A DNA stretch of 64,000 nt from Lentisphaeria bacterium (GCA_041690595.1 JAWLHB010000037.1:1-64000); one strand, 5' to 3'. Positions 54,401 through 63,699 are shown, numbered from the stretch's first letter. The notes: a model not told the origin generated them from the letters alone. Numbers and translations: made by a program.

Positions 54401-55058
54401 CCTGATCCCACGGATCATGCCAATTGCGGGCCAGCATCAGCCCCCAGGCTTCGCCGTCGCGATAGCCACCGGGCAGCATGGAGTCAAGGTCGACGGCGAA
54501 CTCCAGCTCCCAGAGACCATCGCGAAAGGTGCTGGCCGAGTCGACCTCGGTATTCCAGTCCCAGAAGGTCTGACCGATTTCGAGGGCTTCAAGCGCGTCG
54601 GTCACGGCTCCGCGGGCGTTGGCCACGAAGAGGTAAGGGCCGATCTCCTGGCCGGCATCCGCCTGGCGCCGGCGAGGCACGGTCAGGCGCATCTCGAGGG
54701 AACTGTCGGTGACCTGCGCCTGGTCGCGGCGGCGATCTCGATAGATGGGCAGTTCGCCGTCGCGCATTCGCAGGCGCATGGCGATGTAGAGCCTCTTGCC
54801 GTCGGCGCCAACCATGAAGGCCGCCTGGCGTGGGCTCAGGCCGGAGAGGTGGGTATGGACGCCGGCGAGCCCAATGGCCTGGTCGTATTCGCCATCGGCA
54901 ATCACGCCGTTGACGGTGGGTGGGGTCTGCATGCGTGGCACGCGGATCTGCTCGGGCAAGGCGAGGATAGCGGCGGCTTCAGGCGTCACGTCGGCGCTGG
55001 AAAAGGCGGAGATCCAGAGGGCGCAGCAGAGGGCGAGGGACGGAAGGGCTTTGGTCAT
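51486..55058 (-). CDS. Secreted multidomain putative glycoside hydrolase (CBM9-like plus DUF6067-like core)
   Basis: Real start MTKALPSLALCC (signal peptide); PTVNGVIADGEY, LYIAM, WELEFAV; core paralogous to the neighbour (AYYFDC, PDGRIQP, EGEH). Confidence 0.7.
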   Translation of the reverse strand: MTKALPSLALCCALWISAFSSADVTPEAAAILALPEQIRVPRMQTPPTVNGVIADGEYDQAIGLAGVHTHLSGLSPRQAAFMVGADGKRLYIAMRLRMRDGELPIYRDRRRDQAQVTDSSLEMRLTVPRRRQADAGQEIGPYLFVANARGAVTDALEALEIGQTFWDWNTEVDSASTFRDGLWELEFAVDLDSMLPGGYRDGEAWGLMLARNWHDPWDQAALRIPFRAPLEMRLGASPAAVSMGTVAGLYDGTNSQELIVRNIASEPLDARLHYIVHREGSQKRGDPPPVTTLLAHTTETISLAPGESKTFHTIPYDPTSQMVITSHEKSLAEQEKRAPRAEKIFDPYVLELAVTDAAGTEVYYRRRIEVSPLERAAEREFTGNPRKFNYEVAYYKSRERLRVNVDSFTMPERDRAHRARVTIRDGGEKSIATFDMPPFVEYFTTAHEDRKLPAGAYAARVEVLDEAGAVLATDTYAFTLEDHPWETCTLGTSDRLLPWFEPCRYLTEPATLVCWNRAYRMADTGLPVRITANTDPDRQPVIIGGWQEVDHLVSPMRIEIDDANGTQRSDRIEGDGFVVTALNEAFILGKGGFELNGLRVDISSRFEPDGMLRMTVTYQPAGEAPVEIRGMRLIAPLQWAMAERVTHPVMNGKPHTSKLLDQAPGVQWESTDPMAKVPMTVGSFVPMLWLGTPENGLVYWADGDRGWVPSEAKAAIAVIGSEDRSRRDLVFNIVSEPYTLTAARTFEMAFEATPARPHPPATKGKSPEHKVRGWSMVDMVKSGRGPNRGAARTVDCMDYEKWSQFASLPRNHTTAEYDPNGRRYDHGAIHIETGSKRNVPAGFPDWNTREFPESYLRFMAWHMQKWLTIPYGIDAYYFDCVSVSTPCHDVDSGLGYELPDGRIQPEFAMFDLRDYFKRAAMVPVELGRPSANTFHTSGPHQYIHCYPFVEERIEGEHSRVPIPPEGPAPVIARLGEKMMLNRSLAWGVPVTIQLNNEWAPGVPDPEDRRKTDMAELAMWRITSAAGAIPGGTTGYGNDEHLGAFHFAHRRTLDPEKSWTLIPPWRAPRWFGNQHPDLRIIAWKSERRMLFYLANWSDKPLNTTISPDWFGLGFNLDGEYEIQNLLDYGTDRSRRTGTSTALRKLPDALPTWRARLEPNTIEGFLFIQYAWPNGRQQNGAPYARQTPVTAR

Positions 55059-55101
55059 GGTCGAGTGTCCTTTACGTTTAGCCTGATTTGGAGGGGGGAG
55101 G

Positions 55102-55962
55102 TCAGTAGTTGTTGTCGGCCCAGAGCCATATTTTGCATGTCCATCCGGAGAAGCGATTTCGAGCCATGTAGGTGGCGTCGCCATAGCCTGGCCGGGGGAG
55201 CCAGCCAAGCGGCATGCGGGGGGGCTGCTTGGCGTTGCCTTCGAAATAGAGGACGTTGGGGCGGCCCTGGTGGTAGTTCTGGTCGGGGGCGATGCTGGCC
55301 TGTTCGCACATGGCGAAGCCGCGCTGCACCTCGCCTGTCGAGGTATTCTGCTTGCGCCCGAAGGAGATCTGGCGGACGGTGCCGTCGAGAAGCACCTGCG
55401 GGATGGTGCCGGAGCCCTGACCGAGATCGATGAGCTTCTGGTAGCCATGCTCGTTGGAGGCGGCGGCGAAGAAATAGGTGGGATTGGAGCCGGTGAACTT
55501 TCCCGCGTTGCGGCAGAGGTCGGTGAAGTGGTTGGTGCCGCCCATGAGGTAGATGTCCGGCAGGCGTTTGGCCAGGTAGTCGGCGGAGATACGACCGTTG
55601 GGGGTGGACGGGCAATAGAGGTTGTTTGTAGAGGCTTCCTGATCGATTTCACCGCTGGCCAGCAGGCAGCCCAGGGCGTTGGCGATCTTGCCGGTATCAT
55701 CGGTATAGAAGCCGCGGGAGCCGCCCCGCATGAGCCAGCCGTCCTGATTATCCGTGTAGCTGAAGATGTGCATGCCGAGTTGACGGATGTTTCCGAGGCA
55801 ATTGCTGGAGCGGGCCTTCTCGCGGGCCTGCGTCAAGGCGGGGAGAAGCATGGAGGCGAGCACGGCGATAATTGCGATAACGACTAGAAGTTCGATCAAG
55901 GTAAAGGTCTGGAGGGGCAGTCGGGTCGATGTCCAGCGGTTGATGGGTCTGGCATTCATCAT
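55102..55962 (-). CDS. Prepilin-type N-terminal cleavage/methylation protein (DUF1559 / H-X9-DG-like)
   Basis: [50 protein letters not shown]. Confidence 0.92.
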   Translation of the reverse strand: MMNARPINRWTSTRLPLQTFTLIELLVVIAIIAVLASMLLPALTQAREKARSSNCLGNIRQLGMHIFSYTDNQDGWLMRGGSRGFYTDDTGKIANALGCLLASGEIDQEASTNNLYCPSTPNGRISADYLAKRLPDIYLMGGTNHFTDLCRNAGKFTGSNPTYFFAAASNEHGYQKLIDLGQGSGTIPQVLLDGTVRQISFGRKQNTSTGEVQRGFAMCEQASIAPDQNYHQGRPNVLYFEGNAKQPPRMPLGWLPRPGYGDATYMARNRFSGWTCKIWLWADNNY

Positions 55963-56999
55963 GCGGGTCCTTTCCTGATGATCAGGGTTGGCGGTATGTA
56001 GACGACGCTGTCGTCCGCCGGGGCAAAGGCTCGGGCGAGAGCCCGCGGCCAGAGGGTGGCGAAGGGCAGGTGAACGGAGGAAAACTCGTGGCCGGGCAGG
56101 CGCGAATAGTGTTGATCGTAGAAGCCGACGCGATCCAGTTCCGCCGCCGCTACCGGCGCGACATGTGCGAGAGCCTGGAAGAAGCGGTGGACGAGGTAGT
56201 CGGCCTGGCCGAAGACCGCGGTGGCCTGGCTCTCGCGGAGCAGCTCAGTCAACATGGCGTGGGGATAGTCGTGCAAGGCATGCACCAGATGGAGATCCTC
56301 GGCTGGGGCGAGTCCGACGGCCTCAGCGGCCTGCTCGATGCGCGTTCGCAGATACGGCTGGGGTTGCTGGTGATTGGTCAGCATCAGGATGCGGCGATGG
56401 CCGCGCTCGCGCAGGTAGTTCAGCGCCTGGACATAGCCGCCCAGATAATCGAAGAGCACGGCGTGGCGGGGGGTCATGCCGTGCCATTCCCAACGGTTGA
56501 CGACACAACACGGCACCCGGCCCACCAGGGTGAGCAGTTCATCCAGGTCGAAGCGGCGAGCTTCGACATCGAGCAGCGCCAGGTTCGGTTGCCGCTCCAG
56601 CGAGTCGCGCATGATGCGCTGCCAGTTTGTCTCCGCCGACAGTGCCCCGATCATCGGCACCACGCTGCCTTCCCCCGTCGCCTGAAGCAGCGACTCGAAG
56701 TAGCCTTCGTGGTGGCCTCGTCGAACGTCGGTGAAAAGGGCGGCCAGACGGCTCGCGCCCAATGGCAGATCCGGGTTTACAAAGGTGCCGCTGCGATCGC
56801 GCCGGACGATGAGGCGCTCTCGCTCCAGCACGGCGCAGGCGGATCTGACCACGGAAAAGCTGGCGCCAAAGTGTTCGCCCAGCTCCCGCATTCCCAGCAT
56901 CCGGGCGCCGGGGAGGAGCGCGCCGCTGGTGATCTGCGCCTTGATGCCATCAATCACCTGCTGCGTCTTGGTGGGGGCGGTGGTCAGACTGTGCTGCAT
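55959..56999 (-). CDS. GntR-family regulator with LacI-type ligand-binding domain
   Basis: wHTH I.SG.L.PG.RM..RELG.HFG.S..VR...GTFV; C-terminal [27 protein letters not shown]. Confidence 0.9.
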   Translation of the reverse strand: MQHSLTTAPTKTQQVIDGIKAQITSGALLPGARMLGMRELGEHFGASFSVVRSACAVLERERLIVRRDRSGTFVNPDLPLGASRLAALFTDVRRGHHEGYFESLLQATGEGSVVPMIGALSAETNWQRIMRDSLERQPNLALLDVEARRFDLDELLTLVGRVPCCVVNRWEWHGMTPRHAVLFDYLGGYVQALNYLRERGHRRILMLTNHQQPQPYLRTRIEQAAEAVGLAPAEDLHLVHALHDYPHAMLTELLRESQATAVFGQADYLVHRFFQALAHVAPVAAAELDRVGFYDQHYSRLPGHEFSSVHLPFATLWPRALARAFAPADDSVVYIPPTLIIRKGPA

Positions 57000-57030
57000 G
57001 AGCCATTCTCCAATAGATCAGATTGACTCA

Positions 57031-57059
57031 CAGATAAATCAGTAAAGATCTCGGTGCAA
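57031..57059 (-). promoter_or_regulatory. Candidate promoter of the GntR-pilin-glycosidase operon
   Basis: TTGCAC-17nt-TATCTG; repeated ATCAG/CAGAT words at 57015-57042 could be an operator. Confidence 0.45.
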
Positions 57060-57261
57060 GCGCAAATCGAAGAAAAAGAAGCAGATGGGGGCCTAAGGCC
57101 GCACTGAATTGGCGTCGGTGTTGCAATGCCAGCGCTTCGCCTCATTGTAAACCTTGCTCATATGCATCACAACCGGCATGGCGACGATGCCGGATGTCGA
57201 ACAGAAGCGTACGCGTGAAGCAAAAATGCTTGGGCCAGAATTGGAGATCTGACTTTTTTCG

Positions 57262-58062
57262 ATGACAAAGCCTTCTCTGCACACGGATGGCGTTTATCAG
57301 GGCATGCTCCTGCTGAATGTCGTGGATTCCACCAACAGCTGGCTTCTGGAACGCATGCACCTGCTGGATTCCGGCACGATTGTCATTGCGGCGGAGCAGA
57401 CGGCGGGGCGCGGTCGTCATGGCCGCCAATGGCAGTCGCCGCCGGGCTGCAACCTGTATACGTCCATCCTGCTGAAGCCTCCCTTTCTGCGTGTGGATCT
57501 GGCTCTGCTGCCGCAGATCGCCTCGCTGGCCATCTACGATGCATTGCGCGACGTGGGGGTGAAAGGAGCCTGGATCAAGTGGCCGAACGACGTCTTTGTG
57601 GAACACGCGAAGATCGCCGGTGTCCTTTGTGAAAGCAAGTTGCGAGCAGGAAAAGTAGACGCGCTTGTGGTTGGCATGGGTGTGAATCTGAACATGAGCC
57701 CGGAGGCGCTGGCGGGAATCGGTCAGCCGGCAACGTCGGTCTTGAGGGAGACCGGAGGCGGAATCGATGGTCTTGAGATGGCGTCGCGTGTTTACTGCTA
57801 TTTCAATGATGGCTATCGGCAAACGCAACAGTCAGGATTCGAAGCGTTGTATGAGCGTTGGCGCGACGCGAGCCGGCTGGTGGGACAACGCGTGCGTCTG
57901 GACCAGCCTTCACAGAGTATACACGGCCGGGTGACCGGGCTGCTGCCGGATGGCGGTTTGCAGGTGGAACTGGCGGATGGCGAACAGAGGACGTTTTATC
58001 ATGGGGAAGTCTCCTTGCGACTGGCGCCAGAAGATTCCGGATCGGCGGATGGCCGGGGCTGA
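57262..58062 (+). CDS. birA: Biotin--[acetyl-CoA-carboxylase] ligase (no N-terminal HTH)
   Basis: DSTN, AEQTAGRGRHGRQW, KWPND, KIAGVLCE, GMGVNLN. Confidence 0.95.
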   Translation: MTKPSLHTDGVYQGMLLLNVVDSTNSWLLERMHLLDSGTIVIAAEQTAGRGRHGRQWQSPPGCNLYTSILLKPPFLRVDLALLPQIASLAIYDALRDVGVKGAWIKWPNDVFVEHAKIAGVLCESKLRAGKVDALVVGMGVNLNMSPEALAGIGQPATSVLRETGGGIDGLEMASRVYCYFNDGYRQTQQSGFEALYERWRDASRLVGQRVRLDQPSQSIHGRVTGLLPDGGLQVELADGEQRTFYHGEVSLRLAPEDSGSADGRG

Positions 58063-58251
58063 TGGTATCTTTCGGGTGGTTGTAATTGTGGTGCTTGGGG
58101 ATATGTTTAGCGCTTTGTCAGAGTCGCTTGCGACTCAATGGGTTGTGATGGTGAAGGTTGCTGGTTGGCAGTCACGGGTGACCGTGGCTGTATCGCCAGG
58201 CGGGGAGGAGCACCTTTTCATCCGCACGGTTCCTTCCAAACTGGTGCTGGA

Positions 58252-59841
58252 ATGATCTTTTTTCGCGAAAAACGGTGCATGAGTTTCTCCTGGGACAGCC
58301 AGGGCGGGTACTATGGTGTGCTGGCGCAGCGGCGTGGCGAACGGGTGGCGATTCGCCGCACCTGGCATGAGCAGGCGAGCGATCAGGCGACGATCAGCGA
58401 GATGCTCGCCAAGGGCATCGCGACGCTGGGCGAGAATCGGGACATCCCCCTGATTGTCGGCGGCAACGTGAGCCGCGTCTTCTTCCATGAGCTGGTCCTC
58501 CCGGCGATGTCGCCGGAGAACCTCGCGCGGGCGCTCGAATTTGAGATTGCCAAGTTGACCCCCTCGCGGCTGGAGGATATTCACTGGAATTATCGCGATG
58601 TTGGCCCCGCGGAGGGAGAACAGCGGCTGATACGGCTCCTCTGCATGCCGGCTGATGAATGGCAGAGGTGGATAGAGGGCGCCAGCGGCCTTGGGCGTGG
58701 CGTCGATGTTTTCATGCCTGCCAGCGCGGCCCTCGACCCGATTCTCGCCGAACGCCAAGTCTGTCTCAGCCCCGAGGGTGACGATGCCCTCTATCTGCTG
58801 GAGCCACGCGACGGGGGCGGGCGAAGCGTTCGCCTGGTGAAGTCGCCGATGGAGGTTCAGGATGCGTTTGGCCTCGGTCCCCGGCCGTTGGCTTGCGAGC
58901 GACTGACGTTGGGCGAGCTTGACTCTGCAAGCCCGGAGCAAGCGCGGGGATTTGCGCCAGCGGTGGTGCTTGCCATGTACGGGCTGAGCCGTCGCTTTGC
59001 GAGCGATCGCAAGCAGACGGCTGATGTACCGCGCGAATTGCGGCCTCGGCGTCATGGCATGCTGAAGGCGGTGGCGGCCATGCTGGTTCTCTACCTGATT
59101 GCGGCCCTGGCATTCATGACCATCCGCTCCATACATCGCAGCAATCGCCAGATCGGTGAATGGAAGAATTACGACCGACAGTTGAAGGCGGAGTTGGCGC
59201 GGTACAGTGCCGGTGGTGACGTGGACGCACGTCTGGTTGAGCTGAAGACGGCTCTCCTGCAGGCGATTCTCTCCCGCAAATCAGTGCCGGATGCTTTGGT
59301 GGAGCTTACCACCTCCCTTGATCACCGTGTTTTTGCTCGACGGTTGAGCTGGAGCGACGGGAAACTTAATGTCTACCTGACGGCAAAGACCGATAGCCCT
59401 GACACGCTCCTGGCGCTCAGTCAATCCGATTTTTTTGACAAATATACCCTTGTGAAACGCGAAAGTACCGGCAATATGCTGACCTACCAGGTCGATCTCG
59501 AGCAGAAGGATTATTTCACCCGGGGTGAAGAAGTCCTGAATCAGCAGCGCAGCGGTGAGGCGGGCATTCTTGTGCCCCCACCACGAAAGATCCAGAAGTC
59601 GCCGCCACGCTCGCGTACGCCATCAACATCCTTCCCGGATGGGGGCGACCTGCCAGACTTGGACAATCCGCCCCGGCTTCCGGTCGGCGACGATCCATTC
59701 CGGTTACCGAGTGGGGGCTTTGGCAGCTTGCCGCTGCCGCCTGCCCAGTTGCCCGCGGAAATGGCACCATTGGGGGATCCACCGCTATCCGATCTGGAGA
59801 AGATGCCGATTCCGGAAGATACGCCGCGGGAGGAGCGCTGA
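58252..59841 (+). CDS. T2SS GspL / PilM-PilN-like inner-membrane platform protein with Pro-rich tail
   Basis: LPAMS.ENL..AL.FEI..LTP..LED..W.Y; one TM then coiled coil and L.ELT..L; first gene before the secretin. Confidence 0.65.
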   Translation: MIFFREKRCMSFSWDSQGGYYGVLAQRRGERVAIRRTWHEQASDQATISEMLAKGIATLGENRDIPLIVGGNVSRVFFHELVLPAMSPENLARALEFEIAKLTPSRLEDIHWNYRDVGPAEGEQRLIRLLCMPADEWQRWIEGASGLGRGVDVFMPASAALDPILAERQVCLSPEGDDALYLLEPRDGGGRSVRLVKSPMEVQDAFGLGPRPLACERLTLGELDSASPEQARGFAPAVVLAMYGLSRRFASDRKQTADVPRELRPRRHGMLKAVAAMLVLYLIAALAFMTIRSIHRSNRQIGEWKNYDRQLKAELARYSAGGDVDARLVELKTALLQAILSRKSVPDALVELTTSLDHRVFARRLSWSDGKLNVYLTAKTDSPDTLLALSQSDFFDKYTLVKRESTGNMLTYQVDLEQKDYFTRGEEVLNQQRSGEAGILVPPPRKIQKSPPRSRTPSTSFPDGGDLPDLDNPPRLPVGDDPFRLPSGGFGSLPLPPAQLPAEMAPLGDPPLSDLEKMPIPEDTPREER

Positions 59842-59843
59842 TC

Positions 59844-60434
59844 ATGGCCAGTGAGACCACATCCGGTCGCCGCTATCTGCTCTATGGCCTGCTCATTGTC
59901 GGCCTGGGGATCGGCTATCTCTTCATGTTTTCGAATATGGGCTTTCCAAGCATCCCGTTTGGCGGCGACATCGCCAGTGAGTCCTCCAGAGCAGAGGCGA
60001 CGCGTGCCGAACTGGTGAAGCAGCAGAAGCTCTATCGCCATCGGCTGGAAGAGCTGGCGCAGGTGCGCCAGTTGGCGTCGTTCGTCTATCCTGCCGATAC
60101 CGATGCCAATGCGATCGTGCGCCAGATCGAGAAGCTGGCCTATGATTCCGGAATGAGTTATTCCAGTCTGCGCCGCATCGGTGGGCGGAGCGAGGAGAAC
60201 AGCTTCCTGCGGACGGAGGAGGTCACCATCAATGGCCAGGTCGACATCAAGCAGTTGGCGATCTTTCTGAAGGAGATCGAGAACAGCCGGCCGCTGCTGG
60301 AGTGGAGCATGTTCAGCGTAACGCCGCGGCCGAATCAGCCGTCTCCGAACCTGATCTACATATCGGGCCGCATCAAGGCATACCTGCTGACCGACGAGGC
60401 CGGAGCACTGCTCTCAGGGGAGGTCATGCAATGA
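59844..60434 (+). CDS. T2SS GspM / PilO-like protein
   Basis: N-terminal TM, coiled coil, QL..FL.EIENS.PLL; position in operon. Confidence 0.65.
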   Translation: MASETTSGRRYLLYGLLIVGLGIGYLFMFSNMGFPSIPFGGDIASESSRAEATRAELVKQQKLYRHRLEELAQVRQLASFVYPADTDANAIVRQIEKLAYDSGMSYSSLRRIGGRSEENSFLRTEEVTINGQVDIKQLAIFLKEIENSRPLLEWSMFSVTPRPNQPSPNLIYISGRIKAYLLTDEAGALLSGEVMQ

Positions 60435-61435
60435 AGCGATTTCTGCTGATTTTCAACGTGGTGTTGCTGGCGGTTGCGATCGGTGTGACGGCTCGCCTGT
60501 TGCGGCCGGAGTCGTCGAATGCGCTGGCCGGGATGGATGTGCCGGAAGTTGACTTGGTGAATAACCCGATCGAGCGGTCGGATGTGCGGCTGCCCTGGAG
60601 CCCGATCCGTGAGGAAACGGTGCTGATGATTGCCAACGAGAATCTCTTCAGCGAAGGGCGTGCCTATATTGAACCTGTGAGCGATACCGAGCCCGCTGAT
60701 GCGACGGAGGCGGCCGAAGAGCCACCGAAGCCTACTGAAGAGTACGAACTGGTCGGTGTGGTTCGTGTTGGCGGGCGGGCGGTGGCAAGCATGATTGTGC
60801 GCAGTTCCACCGTTGCCGAACAGCAGCCGGCACCCGCCATGAGGCGTCGTGGAGGACCCGGAGGGCTGCTCCGCCAGCAGGAACAGCCGCTGCCGGCGGC
60901 AGGTGCGGATGGGGCAAGCAAGAAGGATATCTATGCTGTCGGCGATGCTGTTGGGGCTCTTGGTTATACGTTGCGCGAAATCGGCTCGGACCATGTGATC
61001 CTGGTCAAGACCCGAGATGACGGCAGCGAGGAGGAAGAGGAGCTGCGCGTCGACATGGATCTCGATGATGACAGCAGCAAGGAGCGACAGCAGGCTGCCC
61101 TTGCCGATGAAGAGAAACGCTTGGAAGATTCCCGACGCGCCGTCATGATTCGTCCGCTGGATGAAAACCTGCAACGGGGCGCTGATGGTGAATTGACCGA
61201 TATTGTACCGGCCCAGCCGCCTTCTGGAAGACTGGAAGATTTTGTCGATGGAGCCTTGGAGACTGAAGTAGAGAACGCGGCACGCCGCCCCTTTCGCGGC
61301 GGTCGCCGCGGATCCGCTGATGCCGGCGGCAGACCCGGTGTGGGCGAAGCGCCCGCCGCTCCCGAACCCACTCGTGAAGGGGATGCTCCCGGCATTCCGC
61401 CGCCCATACCCACACCACCTGGCCTTCCCCAGTGA
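60431..61435 (+). CDS. T2SS GspC/PilP-like protein
   Basis: N-terminal TM, NLFSEGR, ELVGVV, YAVGD.V..YTL.EI..DHVIL; ATGA overlap; directly upstream of the secretin. Confidence 0.55.
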   Translation: MKRFLLIFNVVLLAVAIGVTARLLRPESSNALAGMDVPEVDLVNNPIERSDVRLPWSPIREETVLMIANENLFSEGRAYIEPVSDTEPADATEAAEEPPKPTEEYELVGVVRVGGRAVASMIVRSSTVAEQQPAPAMRRRGGPGGLLRQQEQPLPAAGADGASKKDIYAVGDAVGALGYTLREIGSDHVILVKTRDDGSEEEEELRVDMDLDDDSSKERQQAALADEEKRLEDSRRAVMIRPLDENLQRGADGELTDIVPAQPPSGRLEDFVDGALETEVENAARRPFRGGRRGSADAGGRPGVGEAPAAPEPTREGDAPGIPPPIPTPPGLPQ

Positions 61436-63699
61436 ACGCAATAAGGATGACACTGCTTATGACTATAATGAAGCGCCTCGCGCCGATACTATCGCGCCTT
61501 CTGCTACCGACGGTCACTCTCTGCCTGTTGCTGGTGAGCCATGGCTGCAAGAGTCTGGAGGAGAGACAGGCGGAAGAATATGCTGAAGCTGACGTGGCGG
61601 ATATCCTGCGCATCGATGCTGGCGTAAGTAACCGCGAGGCAAAAAGCAGCAGAGGAGCCAGCGCTGAAACGCCGATCACGAATCTGAAGCCGAGCTATGA
61701 GGCGGAATCGGCAGCCGGTACCTTGCCGACGCGCAACCTGAGCGAGCGACCGGGCAGCGGCATCGAGCTGCCATATAATTTTGCGCTGGACATGATCAAG
61801 GGACTGGAGAATCCCGAGGAAATGATCGAGGTGACGGTGAAGTTCGACAACGACGAGATCCCCTACGTGGTGAAGCAGATGGCGCTGACGCTTGGCTTTG
61901 AGTTTTACCTGGATCCCGCCGTCTCCGGCACCGTGACCTTCTCGATCGACAGTCAGATGACGAGGGCGCAGGTTTGGGAGCTTTTTGCCAAGATTCTCTG
62001 GTTCAACGACGCTTACATCACGAGGGATCATGGTTTCGTGCGGATCATGAGCATGGAGAAGATGCCGCGCGAACAGCGACTGCTGGCCAAGGACGCGCCA
62101 CGCACCAATATCGCTGTCGAGCTGGTGCGCTTCAGTGAGACGCTGGCCTCGGATATGGCGCCACTTATCGCCCCCTACCTCTCTCCGAAGGCGACCATTA
62201 CGCCGGTGCCGCACCTGAATGCGCTGCTGATCGTCGATACCCCGGCGAACGTGGACAAGCTGCAGGAGCTGGTGAGTCGTCTCGACCGCATGGGCGAAAC
62301 CACCTGGCCCCAGGACAGTATCGGCGTGCACTACATTTCGCCGACGGTGATCGCGGAAGAACTCAAGCAGGTGCTCCCGATTCTCGGCTTCAGGGTGAGC
62401 GTCGGTGAGAAGTCGGACAATCTGAGCATTCGGCTGATGCCGATCGATCGGCTGCAGGCACTGGTGGTGACGGCACCGCATATCGACATCATTCAGGAGA
62501 TTCGGCGCTGGGTGCAGGTCCTGGATCGCCAGGATACGGGTGAGGAAGAGCAGATCTATTTCTATGAGGCCAAGCACACCAAGGCGGAGGATCTTGCCGA
62601 TGCGGTGAATTTCTTTTTCAATTCGTCGGTGGGGCGCAGTCGTCGCCCGACAGCATCTGGCGGTGACGATGCCGCCACGTCAACCGCTGAGCCGGCGGCA
62701 ACCAGCCGTACCGGCGGTGCGGGGAGAGGCACCGAGTCGACCTCGATTCGCGAGAGCGTATTCGAGATTCCCGCGAGTGTGTTTGTCGATGGGAAGCACA
62801 ATCGCATGGTCATTCGAACGACCCCGCGCGCCCATGCCACCATGCTGGCGCTGCTGCAGAGCCTGGATACTCCCCCCTTCCAGGTCCTCATCCAGATGTC
62901 GATCGCGGAGATTCAGCTCAACGAAGACACGCGCCTCGGCTTCAAGTACAGCGCTCTGTCGAAGATACAGGGCGGGGAGTATGAGTTTCTCAGCCGCTTT
63001 GCATATGGCGACGATCTCAGCGCCACCGCCTCTCCTGGCCTCAATCTGGTGCTCAACAAGGTCTCGGATCCCACCAAGGTCTTCGGCTTCATCGAAGCCG
63101 TCGCGGGCAAGGGCAACACGCGGGTGCTCTTCTCGCCGCAGGTTCTGGCGATCAGCGATGAAGAGGCGATCATCAACGTGGGTGACAAGGTGCCGATCAT
63201 CACCCAGGAAAACAATGCGACGGACTCGACCAATATCACCCGTGAGATCCAGTATCAGGACACCGGTATCATCATGACGGTGACCCCGCACGTCACGGCC
63301 AGCCGCATGGTCACACTCAAGATCAAGCAGGAAGTCTCCGATGCCGTCACCACGACTTCATCCGATATCGATTCACCCACCATCCAGACGCGTATTGTCC
63401 AGACTTCCCTGATCGTCGACGATAACTCGACAATCCTCCTCGGCGGCCTTATCCGCACGCGTGACATCAAGAACGAAACCGGCATTCCCTTTCTCAAGGA
63501 CATTCCCGGCGTCGGCAACCTTTTCGCGCTCAATGTTCGGGAGAATCAGCGGCTGGAACTGCTTATCCTGATGACGGTGAATGTCATCGAGATGGATGCC
63601 GATGTGGAGCGCCTGGCGCGTCGTTACAAGAGTGCCTTGCAGGCGATCAAGGAGCAACTCGGGCCGGCGAATCTCGAGCGGCAGGTGGATGCGCCATGA
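61432..63699 (+). CDS. gspD: Type II secretion secretin
   Basis: N0 plus three N repeats (NALLIVD, QALVVT, NRMVIRT); QVLIQ..IAEI, A.INVGDKVP, YQDTGI.M.VTP, GIPFLKDIP; start may be 61447 or 61468. Confidence 0.92.
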   Translation: MNAIRMTLLMTIMKRLAPILSRLLLPTVTLCLLLVSHGCKSLEERQAEEYAEADVADILRIDAGVSNREAKSSRGASAETPITNLKPSYEAESAAGTLPTRNLSERPGSGIELPYNFALDMIKGLENPEEMIEVTVKFDNDEIPYVVKQMALTLGFEFYLDPAVSGTVTFSIDSQMTRAQVWELFAKILWFNDAYITRDHGFVRIMSMEKMPREQRLLAKDAPRTNIAVELVRFSETLASDMAPLIAPYLSPKATITPVPHLNALLIVDTPANVDKLQELVSRLDRMGETTWPQDSIGVHYISPTVIAEELKQVLPILGFRVSVGEKSDNLSIRLMPIDRLQALVVTAPHIDIIQEIRRWVQVLDRQDTGEEEQIYFYEAKHTKAEDLADAVNFFFNSSVGRSRRPTASGGDDAATSTAEPAATSRTGGAGRGTESTSIRESVFEIPASVFVDGKHNRMVIRTTPRAHATMLALLQSLDTPPFQVLIQMSIAEIQLNEDTRLGFKYSALSKIQGGEYEFLSRFAYGDDLSATASPGLNLVLNKVSDPTKVFGFIEAVAGKGNTRVLFSPQVLAISDEEAIINVGDKVPIITQENNATDSTNITREIQYQDTGIIMTVTPHVTASRMVTLKIKQEVSDAVTTTSSDIDSPTIQTRIVQTSLIVDDNSTILLGGLIRTRDIKNETGIPFLKDIPGVGNLFALNVRENQRLELLILMTVNVIEMDADVERLARRYKSALQAIKEQLGPANLERQVDAP

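Noticed and set aside
55059..55700. N-terminal extension of the 1404-aa ORF
   Set aside because: Overlaps the pilin gene out of frame; the signal peptide begins at ATG 55058
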